From: Candidatus Poseidoniaceae archaeon | Lineage (GTDB): Archaea > Thermoplasmatota > Poseidoniia > Poseidoniales > Poseidoniaceae | Direction of reading: 5' to 3' | Length of the DNA stretch: 64,000 nucleotides | Assembly: GCA_965662895.1 (NCBI GenBank) | Contig: CBFIJH010000001.1 | Location: forward strand, 128,001 to 192,000 | In this document: positions 1 to 8,633 of the stretch, piece after piece | Layout of the letters: each line of letters starts with the position of its first letter | Numbering within the stretch: the stretch's first letter is position 1 | Made by a program: the position numbers and the translations under genes | The notes under the pieces: model-generated | Databases searched by the model: none | Told to the model about the DNA's origin: nothing | Seen by the model: the letters and a program-made list of their open reading frames with translations, nothing else

Positions 1-323
1 GCCTCGTGACGTACCATAACGTGTTCTGATGAATCGGAAAGAATCTCGATGAGCGTAGGTAATGCTTCGTCCATTTGCATCTGGCCTAAGACGTAGGCCA
101 GTTCATGCCGCAAAAGAGCGCTCTTTGATTCAAATGCTTCGCATAGTACAAGACAGGACTCCTCATTCCGTATATTTCGCAACTTGAAAACTGCTCTCAT
201 GCGTTCGAACATTTTCTCTTCCTCATTATGAAGCGTAGCCCGTAGATTTTCAATTTCCACAGTTTCAAAAGGTGGGGCGGGGTCGACGGAACCATATTCA
301 CTGGTTTCTGGTCGCTGCTCCAC
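1..323 (-). CDS. Deoxyhypusine hydroxylase (DOHH)-like HEAT-repeat protein, 3' end outside the window
   Basis: Manual translation from GTG at 323 (GGAG SD overlapping the mqnD stop): MEQRPETSEYGSVDPAPPFE...FERMRAVFKLRN...SALLRHELAYVLGQMQ...EHVMVRHEA. Two HE iron-ligand motifs and the SVDPAPP linker typical of DOHH. Open to the window edge. Confidence 0.8.
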   Translation of the reverse strand, partial: MEQRPETSEYGSVDPAPPFETVEIENLRATLHNEEEKMFERMRAVFKLRNIRNEESCLVLCEAFESKSALLRHELAYVLGQMQMDEALPTLIEILSDSSEHVMVRHE

Positions 324-328
324 CGTTT

Positions 329-1210
329 TCACTCCTGTGCACCAATGAAGACTAAATTGCTCACATCAAAATCCTCACGAATCAATCCGAGTTCCTGACC
401 TTCTTTGAGGAATTGCCGTATCGATTCTCTGCCCTCTGGTTTGTAATCGATGGTTCGGTCGTTAACGTACATTGTAACGAATTTTTGATTGGTTTCATCA
501 TCAATACCCCTACCCCATGCTTTGGCAAACTCAAGGGCATCATCAGGATGCTCGATCGAGTGTTCAATGCTCATTTTGGTATACATGGTGATGTCTTCCA
601 TGATGGTTTGTCCAAGATCTCTTCTCACCACATTTCCACCCAATGGCATTGGTAGACCATCGGTTTTCTGGTTCCACCAAACACCAAGATCAATCAGGAC
701 GTTCAGATCGTGCTCGACATAGGTGAGTTGCCCTTCATGGATGATAAGCCCGCATTGGTATGTATCGTCGAGAATACGTGGAATAATCTCATCGAATGGG
801 ACGACTTCAACATTCACATCACCCCACGCCAATCGTAAACCAAGGTAGGCAGAAGTTTTCATACCAGGAACAGCAATTGTCGAAGATTTTGCTTCGTCAA
901 GGGTGAGGCCAGACTTTGCGACAATCATCGGGCCGTAACCTTCACCCATGGATGCCCCGCAATTCATCAGCGCGTAATTGTGTGCAATCTCGGGATAGGC
1001 GTGAATTGAAACAGCTGAAACCTCGAGTTCCTGATTCATTGCTCGATGATTGAGTGTTTCAATGTCTTGTAATTCATGGACGAACTTGTATCCCGGCGTT
1101 GGAAAAGCATTGGTTGTCATAGCGTGAAACATGAATGCATCATCAGGGTCAGGTGAATGCCCGATTCGAACAATGAGGTTGCCATCTTCATCTCGGGGGA
1201 GTTGCGTCAT
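329..1210 (-). CDS. mqnD: 1,4-dihydroxy-6-naphthoate synthase (futalosine pathway)
   Basis: GHSPDPDDAFMF, DIETLN, GEGYGP, IIHEGQLTY, LPMPLGGN motifs; start taken at MTQLPR (1210). Confidence 0.9.
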   Translation of the reverse strand: MTQLPRDEDGNLIVRIGHSPDPDDAFMFHAMTTNAFPTPGYKFVHELQDIETLNHRAMNQELEVSAVSIHAYPEIAHNYALMNCGASMGEGYGPMIVAKSGLTLDEAKSSTIAVPGMKTSAYLGLRLAWGDVNVEVVPFDEIIPRILDDTYQCGLIIHEGQLTYVEHDLNVLIDLGVWWNQKTDGLPMPLGGNVVRRDLGQTIMEDITMYTKMSIEHSIEHPDDALEFAKAWGRGIDDETNQKFVTMYVNDRTIDYKPEGRESIRQFLKEGQELGLIREDFDVSNLVFIGAQE

Positions 1211-1316
1211 ACAACAACCAAGTGCATTCCCTTCAAGAACCAACCGCATCATTTTGAAAACAAAATTTAGTTATTAGGAACGGATTGTTTATGTATTTCT
1301 TGAAATAGTTTCGAAC

Positions 1317-3542
1317 ATGGAAACAAGGCCGGGGCTAAGAAGCAGTCTCTTTGTCCTTGCCATCACATTCACACTGCTCAGCCTGACTTCTGCGGCGGCT
1401 CAGGAGAATCTGTTCTTTGTTGACTCTGTTGAGATACCGGATTCCGAGCCCGGAAAACGGACCATTGAAATGGACCAAACTGGGGCTTTTTATGCATCCC
1501 AAGGGAAAACAATTTACAAACTGTCTCCAAATCTAACGATTCTTGAACAACGATCCCTAGCAAACGAAATTCTCTCAACATCGATTTCACCTGATTCCTC
1601 AAAACTTGCCGTCACCCTACGTTCACCTGTTCAAGGTATTGATTCTGTCTTTGTTTTATCGACTGGAGACTTGAGCACCCTTGCTTCTAGCGACCTTACA
1701 GAATCCAATGCATACCTCCTCCAATGGTCACCAAATGGAGCAAAGTTGTTGACCAACGCCCCAGAAAATGGAATTATCGAGTTGAATCGTGATAACCTGG
1801 AGCAGGAACAACTCTACACAGGCAACCATACAGATGACGTTGTATGCCTCGATGTCTCAAAAGAGAGTGGCTCCATTCTCAGTGTCGACGTTCAGGGGAA
1901 CGTTCATTTGTGGAACAATCCGGGTGGAGAAATTTATTATGATGCTGTCACAGATTCAGAGGTTCTTGATTGCAAAATCGAACCAAATGATCAATACTTT
2001 GCTGTTTCAACAAAAGAAAACGGCATTCGGAGGTGGACTTTTTCCGGAACGGAACTCAAACCAATCGACTTCAACAATGCTCTCGATTTTGAATTTGGAC
2101 AAAAACCGAATACACTCGTCATTCATACAAAAACATCACATAATCGATTGGTTCAGTATGATATCGTAAATGATGAAATGCTCGATCAAATTACAATATT
2201 CCACGAGTTTGATGATTTTGTTGTTGTCAACTCTGACACGAACTCAATCAAATCGGTCGTGTTCGATTCGAACGTTGATTACATCGTCAAATATGGAAAC
2301 GAAGTTCAACGGCCAGGTACAGGCGTCTCTGGCATCGACACAGACGGCGACGGCATTCCTGACTCACTTGACGAAGATATTGATGGAGATGGAATAGAAA
2401 ATAGTTGGGACTTAAATTGTATTGATATTGGAATTGAGTGTGAGTACCTTCCTGATGAAGATTTCATGCGTACAATTGATTTGTACGTCAATGAAACACA
2501 TCTCAACATGCGACAAACGTTTACGTTGAATAAGCAATTCTCTTCGAGCATACGGGACCTAGCTCGGTTCTCTCTGAATGATGATATCCGACTCACATCT
2601 GATGAAACACAACACTTTGCTGATTCCATTTGTGAAAACATTAACACAAATGATGCAAGCATATTCTTGTTATCGCAACTCGCCCTTGAAAATGCATCAC
2701 TTCGTTTTGATGAAGCATATTGTACGATTGACGATGGGATGACACTCACACCTGCGGAAGACCGCGTGTCACACATTCGATACACAATCCATTATCGATA
2801 TGCATTCGAGGGCTTGCAGTCAATTGATGCCGTATCTGTTGATATCATGAACCATCGGTTTCCAAGTTCTGGCAGCATAACCGAACTCAGTGAACAACAT
2901 CCAATCCTGATTCAAATCGGAGGAGAGTCCATCGTTTCAGAAAAATATTCACCTTGGCATGTACAAGAGGAGATAATCACCTTCAAACTTCAATCAACTC
3001 AAGAAGATGAAACTATCATTTCTCCTGAGAATCTATTCAATTCGCCGATTACGTACGTTGTTCTCCTCATGGGAATAATCGTTATTGGTGTTGTAACACA
3101 ACGTTTGTATGATCAGATGACCAAATCAGGTTATGACATCGAATTGGATGATGAGGAAGATGACGCACTCAATGAGGAAATCGAAAACATCTACGAAGAA
3201 GTCTATGAGGATGAATGGGAAGATGATATTACCAGTAAACCTGGTGAAATAAAGGCCGGGAAACGCGTAGTTACGGCTCCAAGCAAGCAAGTTGCAGTTC
3301 GAAAGAAGAAAAAGGCGGATGCCCAAAGAATACTCGAAGAGTCATCAAATGAAGTTGTACGCAAAAGGAAGGCTCGCAAACCTTCACCTGATGCGATAAA
3401 AACCAAGCGTCGGAAATTAAGTGACACATCTACTCGGGACGCACAGCCAAGAAAACGTCGTTCAGTTAAGCGAGCTGTTCAAGTCGAGGATGAAAAAGAT
3501 GAAACCGTGAAACGGTTCGTATCAGAGTCACCAAAGGAATGA
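1317..3542 (+). CDS. Membrane-anchored surface protein: signal peptide, WD40-like beta-propeller, TSP3-like Ca-binding repeat, TM helix, acidic then basic tail
   Basis: Hydrophobic N-terminus; SISPDSSKLAV, WSPNGAKLL, GNVHLWN repeats; DTDGDGIPDSLDEDIDGDG; TM YVVLLMGIIVIGVV; D/E-rich then K/R-rich tail. Confidence 0.7.
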   Translation: METRPGLRSSLFVLAITFTLLSLTSAAAQENLFFVDSVEIPDSEPGKRTIEMDQTGAFYASQGKTIYKLSPNLTILEQRSLANEILSTSISPDSSKLAVTLRSPVQGIDSVFVLSTGDLSTLASSDLTESNAYLLQWSPNGAKLLTNAPENGIIELNRDNLEQEQLYTGNHTDDVVCLDVSKESGSILSVDVQGNVHLWNNPGGEIYYDAVTDSEVLDCKIEPNDQYFAVSTKENGIRRWTFSGTELKPIDFNNALDFEFGQKPNTLVIHTKTSHNRLVQYDIVNDEMLDQITIFHEFDDFVVVNSDTNSIKSVVFDSNVDYIVKYGNEVQRPGTGVSGIDTDGDGIPDSLDEDIDGDGIENSWDLNCIDIGIECEYLPDEDFMRTIDLYVNETHLNMRQTFTLNKQFSSSIRDLARFSLNDDIRLTSDETQHFADSICENINTNDASIFLLSQLALENASLRFDEAYCTIDDGMTLTPAEDRVSHIRYTIHYRYAFEGLQSIDAVSVDIMNHRFPSSGSITELSEQHPILIQIGGESIVSEKYSPWHVQEEIITFKLQSTQEDETIISPENLFNSPITYVVLLMGIIVIGVVTQRLYDQMTKSGYDIELDDEEDDALNEEIENIYEEVYEDEWEDDITSKPGEIKAGKRVVTAPSKQVAVRKKKKADAQRILEESSNEVVRKRKARKPSPDAIKTKRRKLSDTSTRDAQPRKRRSVKRAVQVEDEKDETVKRFVSESPKE

Positions 3543-4307
3543 GATGTGATCCTTCATACCGCAGCATCGTGTGAGAAATTCCTGTAATCCTTTAACATGT
3601 TCATCATCCAGACGGTTAAAGACTTCACCAAAGTATTTGTTCAATCGGGTTAAGGACATGTCAGAATGAAGGTGCGCATGGAGAAGTACTTTTTCACGAG
3701 TTAATGAATCTGATTCAAAGGAATTTAATCTTTCCAGTAATGCGGTGTGTGCGGCTTTGACAGCATCAATTGGGGTGTCCTTACGAGCGGCGAATACACC
3801 GAATACCATTGGTTGACCTGTAAGGTCCAACCATGCTTGACCGAGGTCTAAACGAACCAGTTCAGGATTCGATTTTGCTCGATCGAGAGCCCTGTCACCA
3901 ATAAGGAGAGCACCATCACATCGTTCGAGCATGGAATCCAAATCCGGACCCATTTCAACCGGCCGAGGATCGATTCCACGCTCTCTGAAAAGATATTTCA
4001 GGAGGGCAACCGAAGATGAAGAGTCTGTGGGTAAGGCAATGTCGCGCATTTCTTCCAAAGGGCGGCTCCCAAATACAAGGACACTTCCGACTTCTCCCTT
4101 TGAACAGATACCAATTTCTGGTACGAGCGCTAGTTCATCGCTATGTTTTGCATAATCCGCAGCAGGAATAGGTGCGAGAACACAGTCCCTGCGCAAGAGA
4201 TGTCCTGTCAGCCACGATGGGGGAGCGGGTAAGACATTGAAGGATTCATCAAGGCCTACAAACAATGGATCACAATTCATGAAGGCGACGCGGCCGATTG
4301 TTTTCAT
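3528..4307 (-). CDS. mqnA: Chorismate dehydratase (futalosine pathway)
   Basis: IGRVAFMNCDPL, GEVGSV, SSSSVALL, LLIGDRAL, DLGQAW..LTGQPMVFGVF; alternative start at 4340. Confidence 0.88.
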   Translation of the reverse strand: MKTIGRVAFMNCDPLFVGLDESFNVLPAPPSWLTGHLLRRDCVLAPIPAADYAKHSDELALVPEIGICSKGEVGSVLVFGSRPLEEMRDIALPTDSSSSVALLKYLFRERGIDPRPVEMGPDLDSMLERCDGALLIGDRALDRAKSNPELVRLDLGQAWLDLTGQPMVFGVFAARKDTPIDAVKAAHTALLERLNSFESDSLTREKVLLHAHLHSDMSLTRLNKYFGEVFNRLDDEHVKGLQEFLTRCCGMKDHISFLW

Positions 4308-4341
4308 CCAGAGGGGGGAATTTGTCAACACATCGATCATC

Positions 4342-5541
4342 TCATGCCATTGGTAACCGCTTGACCGGCTCAGGTGGAATATATTCAGAAAAGTGAGTGT
4401 ACGTTGTATTGCGTTTAATCGGCGTACATTTTGCATTGTGGATGAGTTTTGCAAGTTGCTGAAGGTCGTGTGTCAACGGTGTGGTTGAACCTGCAAGATG
4501 CATAATGGATTCTTGTTGAACCGTTCCATCAATGTCATCGGCCCCAAATTGTAGCGCTAATTCAGCAAGTTCATCGCCAATATTCATGCGATAGGCTTTG
4601 ATGTGGGGAATGCTCTCAAGCAAAATCCTTGATACTGCGATCACTCGTAAGATTTCCTGTCCAGTCGAAAGTTGAGCCATGGGGAGACGTGTTGAATCAG
4701 GCAGGAATGGATAAGGAACAAAACATTGGAATCCGTTTGTTTGATTTGCTAGGTCTCTTAGTTTCAAGATGTGGTCAACTCTCTGGGAGGCTGTTTCGAT
4801 TGTACCAAAGAGCATTGTGCAGTTGCTGGGAAGACCAAGTTCATGCGCAGTTCTGTGAATGTCCAGATATTCTTGGCTTGACTCTTTCCCGTTGCATATG
4901 ACTGCTCGAACCTCATCATCAAGAATCTCTGCACCGCCGCCAGGAAGCGATGTAAGGCCTGCTTTCTTCAACACATCGAGTGTCGTTCCAATTGAAAGAT
5001 TCGAGATTTCAGCAAGATGCTTGATCTCAACTGCTGTTAATGCCTTGATGGACACGTGTGGATGTTCTTTGCGAATGCGCTTGAAGAGTTCTGAATAGTG
5101 TTCGACAGTCCATTCCGGATGAAGGCCCCCAACAGAGTGTACTTCATCGACAAAAGGTGAAAATTTGGTTAATTCTTCCATGTAAGCGTCGATGGATAAC
5201 GCATACGCATCATCTGCTTTTGGTCCTCGTCGAAATGCACAAAAGCGACAGGCTAGAACGCAGACATTTGTTTGATTAATGTGGACATTTGAATTAAAAA
5301 ATGCCTTGTCACCAAACATTGCAGTTTTGAAATGATGGGCTAATTTTCCGATCTCAAACAAATTTGGTTCTTCAAAGAGTTGTATTCCATCAGCATGATC
5401 GAGTTCTTGGTCATCAAGAATTATATCAACGATTCTTTGAACAGATTTTGCCCACTCATCGTTCTTCAGTTTGGTTTTGAGAATAGCCCTCCAATCTGGA
5501 TTGCGGCCGGCTACATCAGGTGTAGAGGACCATTCTTTCAT
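4342..5541 (-). CDS. mqnE: Radical SAM aminofutalosine synthase (MqnE/MqnC/CofH family, MqnE-like)
   Basis: CVLACRFC (CxxxCxxC), SLPGGGAEI, TMLFG, HIKAY...FGADDIDGT...IMHLAG, which is the MqnE-type C-terminus; adjacent to mqnA. Confidence 0.8.
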   Translation of the reverse strand: MKEWSSTPDVAGRNPDWRAILKTKLKNDEWAKSVQRIVDIILDDQELDHADGIQLFEEPNLFEIGKLAHHFKTAMFGDKAFFNSNVHINQTNVCVLACRFCAFRRGPKADDAYALSIDAYMEELTKFSPFVDEVHSVGGLHPEWTVEHYSELFKRIRKEHPHVSIKALTAVEIKHLAEISNLSIGTTLDVLKKAGLTSLPGGGAEILDDEVRAVICNGKESSQEYLDIHRTAHELGLPSNCTMLFGTIETASQRVDHILKLRDLANQTNGFQCFVPYPFLPDSTRLPMAQLSTGQEILRVIAVSRILLESIPHIKAYRMNIGDELAELALQFGADDIDGTVQQESIMHLAGSTTPLTHDLQQLAKLIHNAKCTPIKRNTTYTHFSEYIPPEPVKRLPMA

Positions 5542-5562
5542 GGTAATCCCTTGGACTCATTC

Positions 5563-5570
5563 TTCATGAA
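5563..5570 (-). promoter_or_regulatory. TTCATGAA TATA-position element for mqnE
   Basis: At -29..-22 from ATG 5541. Confidence 0.6.
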
Positions 5571-5589
5571 GATGTGCATGCAACCATGT

Positions 5590-8478
5590 TCAGTGACGAA
5601 TCTTAAAGAAACCTGAATTCATCATGAATTTCCGGAACTCTTCAACCAAGAACACCGTTGAAGCTACCAAAACCAAAACCAGCCAATCGATGCCTTCGAG
5701 TGGTGTTGTACTGAGAAGATTTCCAAACTCGATACCGATAATTGGAAGTTGGAATGTGGCGAAATGAACGAACAAGAAGAGAAGGAACCCAGAAGCAAGA
5801 ATGGCGTAGTTAATTGCGCGGTTTGAGAACAAACCTAACGAGAAGAGACTTTCCTTTTCAGATCGGCAATTCAGAACATTGAACAACTGGTAGACAATAA
5901 ACACAGAGAAAGTCATGGTCTGGGCGGAAGCGAATGTCGAATCTGCATACGAACTCCATGCACTTAATGCAGGCTCGTTCCCTGCTTCACAATCCGCAAC
6001 GGAAAAACCGGCATCTGCTTCGGTTGCAAACGGAGCGAGGGTACATTCGTTTCCATACACACCGCCACCAGCGAGATAGAAAACAATTAACGTTCCAATG
6101 ACCATAACTGCACCAAGATAGAAAATAAGGCTGATGTCCTTTGGACTCGGCAATCCTTCATCGACTGGACGAGGTGGTCGAGCCATGACATCCCCGTGGC
6201 GTTTTTCAACACCAAGAGCAACTGCAGGTGGACCGTCCATCAAGATGTTGATGACGAGAATTTGTGTCGCTGTTAATGGCAATTCCCAGCCAAAAATGAA
6301 CGTCGAAATAACGATGAGTGCAACTGCAGCGACATTTGTCGATACTTGATAACGAACAAAGTTCCGAATATTCTGATAGATTTTCCTACCTTCCTCAACT
6401 GCATGAACAATGTTGGCAAAATTATCATCTTGCAGTACCATGTCTGCAGCATCTTTGGCAACATCCGTTCCTGCTACACCCATAGCGATTCCAATATTCG
6501 CACCTGATAATGCAGGAGCATCATTGACACCGTCACCGGTCATAGCAACAATTTCGCCTTGTTCTTGAAGGGATGAAACGATACGCATTTTCTGGTCAGG
6601 AGTGACACGTGAAAAAATTGCTTTTTCGACATTCATTGAGAGTTCATCATCGGACATGCTGCGTAAATCGGCTCCGCTAACTGGCTCAAATTCAGCGCCG
6701 TTTATCGATAGCTCTTGTCCAATGGATGATGCTGTCATGTGATGATCTCCCGTGATCATCTTGACCTTGATACCAGCATCCTGACAGATCCGAATCGCTT
6801 CCTTGACTTCAGGTCGGGGAGGGTCCATGATACCAACAAGACCAAGGAAAATCATATCACTTTCAACAACCGATACGTCGGTAATGTCCTCATCAGCGCC
6901 AAGTTTTTTCGCCGCCAAAGCGATGACACGCATTGATTGGGAACCCATTTCTTTGTTTCTTTTTGATGCTTCCTTCAGGTCATCCTCTGAAATTTTCACC
7001 AACTCGCCGTCCAAAAAGCGGTGCGTTGTAATTGGAACAAAACCTCCAGCAGCACCCTTTGCAAAGACCCAGCGTTCACCTTCGTATTCGTGAATGACAG
7101 ACATTCGCTTTCGTTCTGTGTCAAAGAAAAACTCATGGATGCGAGGATGACGCTGGGAAAATTTACGCACTTCTCCGTTCAATTTCCAGCCGAGAACTGC
7201 GCATGCAGAGTCAGTTGGATCACCAATAGCCGTCCAACGCCCGTCATTCTTACTGATCTGTGAGTTGTGACATAACGAAAGACATGCTGCAAGCAATCGG
7301 AATCCGGGATTGGATTGAAGGGTTGACATTGTCTCTTCATCGAGTTCAGTTCCATTAACACTCAACGCACCTTTTGGATTGAAGCCGTCCCCGGTTACGC
7401 CGTAGTATCCATCGACAGCGTGGAGTTGGCGAACTGTCATCTCGTTCTTCGTGAGCGTACCAGTTTTATCGGAACAAATGACAGTCGTCGAACCAAGTGT
7501 CTCAACAGCCTTCATTCTACGAACAATTGCTTTGTGTCTTGCCATATTTCGCATACCAAGAGATAGCGTAATGACAAGAATGATCGGCAAGCCTTCAGGT
7601 ACGATTGCGACAAAGATGGCGATGGCTGTGATGAATTGCTTGATCGCAACATCGCGCAACGGAATAGGGCCACCATAGGCAAGAATCAACTTGATGGAGA
7701 CAAGGAGAACTGCTACGACGAGAGCAATAAAACCAAGGAATCTACCCAAGGACTCCAGCTTAAGTTCGAGAGGCGTTTTAGGAGTTTGTGCTTCTGAGAT
7801 GTCGCTTGCGATTCGTCCGAGTTGCGTGCTCATGCCAGTTTCAGCGACAACACCGACCGCACGTCCTGTTGCGACTGTGGTGCCCATGTACAACATATTC
7901 CTACGATCTGCTAGAAGTGTGTTAACATCTATAGAGTCGAGATGTTTTGTAATTGGTTCTGATTCACCTGTCAGAGCAGATTCATCGACCCTACACTGAT
8001 ACACTTCAAGCAACCGTATATCTGCTGGTACGTTGATTCCCTCTTCTAACTTAACAATGTCTCCAGGGACCAGTTCTGTCGTAGGAATTTCTGATTCAAA
8101 TCCGTCTCTGAGCGTGATTGAATTGGAGATGCTCATTTGTTTAAGAGCGTCCATAGCTTGTTCTGCTTGTCCCTCCTGCCAAAAACCGAAGAATGCATTC
8201 GCTGTCAATACGAGGAAAATAAAGATCGCATCTCCGGGGTGGTCAGGCTTGATTGCTAAGGCAATAAGGGCAGCTGCAATCAGAAGATAATTGAGTGGAT
8301 CGTTGTATTGCGAGAGAAATCGAAGAAAGGCAGGCGTTGGTTCGGGCTGGTCGAGTTGATTTGGACCGTATTTCTTCATTCTCGAATGAATTTCACTTTG
8401 TGTTAATCCGTTTGGACTTGCATCCAAGACCGAAAGAACTTCGTCATCGCTCATCGAGTGCCAGTTCTGTTGAACCAA
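5590..8478 (-). CDS. P-type ATPase, type II (Ca2+-transporting-like)
   Basis: LTGES, PEGL, DKTGT phosphorylation site, KGA, DPPR, TGDGVNDAPAL; start TTG 8478 after GAGGTG (track start 8487). Confidence 0.92.
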   Translation of the reverse strand: MVQQNWHSMSDDEVLSVLDASPNGLTQSEIHSRMKKYGPNQLDQPEPTPAFLRFLSQYNDPLNYLLIAAALIALAIKPDHPGDAIFIFLVLTANAFFGFWQEGQAEQAMDALKQMSISNSITLRDGFESEIPTTELVPGDIVKLEEGINVPADIRLLEVYQCRVDESALTGESEPITKHLDSIDVNTLLADRRNMLYMGTTVATGRAVGVVAETGMSTQLGRIASDISEAQTPKTPLELKLESLGRFLGFIALVVAVLLVSIKLILAYGGPIPLRDVAIKQFITAIAIFVAIVPEGLPIILVITLSLGMRNMARHKAIVRRMKAVETLGSTTVICSDKTGTLTKNEMTVRQLHAVDGYYGVTGDGFNPKGALSVNGTELDEETMSTLQSNPGFRLLAACLSLCHNSQISKNDGRWTAIGDPTDSACAVLGWKLNGEVRKFSQRHPRIHEFFFDTERKRMSVIHEYEGERWVFAKGAAGGFVPITTHRFLDGELVKISEDDLKEASKRNKEMGSQSMRVIALAAKKLGADEDITDVSVVESDMIFLGLVGIMDPPRPEVKEAIRICQDAGIKVKMITGDHHMTASSIGQELSINGAEFEPVSGADLRSMSDDELSMNVEKAIFSRVTPDQKMRIVSSLQEQGEIVAMTGDGVNDAPALSGANIGIAMGVAGTDVAKDAADMVLQDDNFANIVHAVEEGRKIYQNIRNFVRYQVSTNVAAVALIVISTFIFGWELPLTATQILVINILMDGPPAVALGVEKRHGDVMARPPRPVDEGLPSPKDISLIFYLGAVMVIGTLIVFYLAGGGVYGNECTLAPFATEADAGFSVADCEAGNEPALSAWSSYADSTFASAQTMTFSVFIVYQLFNVLNCRSEKESLFSLGLFSNRAINYAILASGFLLFLFVHFATFQLPIIGIEFGNLLSTTPLEGIDWLVLVLVASTVFLVEEFRKFMMNSGFFKIRH

Positions 8479-8633
8479 AAGAATCACCTCAGAAGTCGAC
8501 TTGGACTCCAGTAGGTTACCCTTTCTTGGTGGCTTTATGATTTTGATGGAGGAAATCCCATGAAATACTTCGCATGAATTTGTGCAAGAAGAAGGGCCGA
8601 ATCTTTCTCAAACTCCCTTGATTTGGAACCAAT

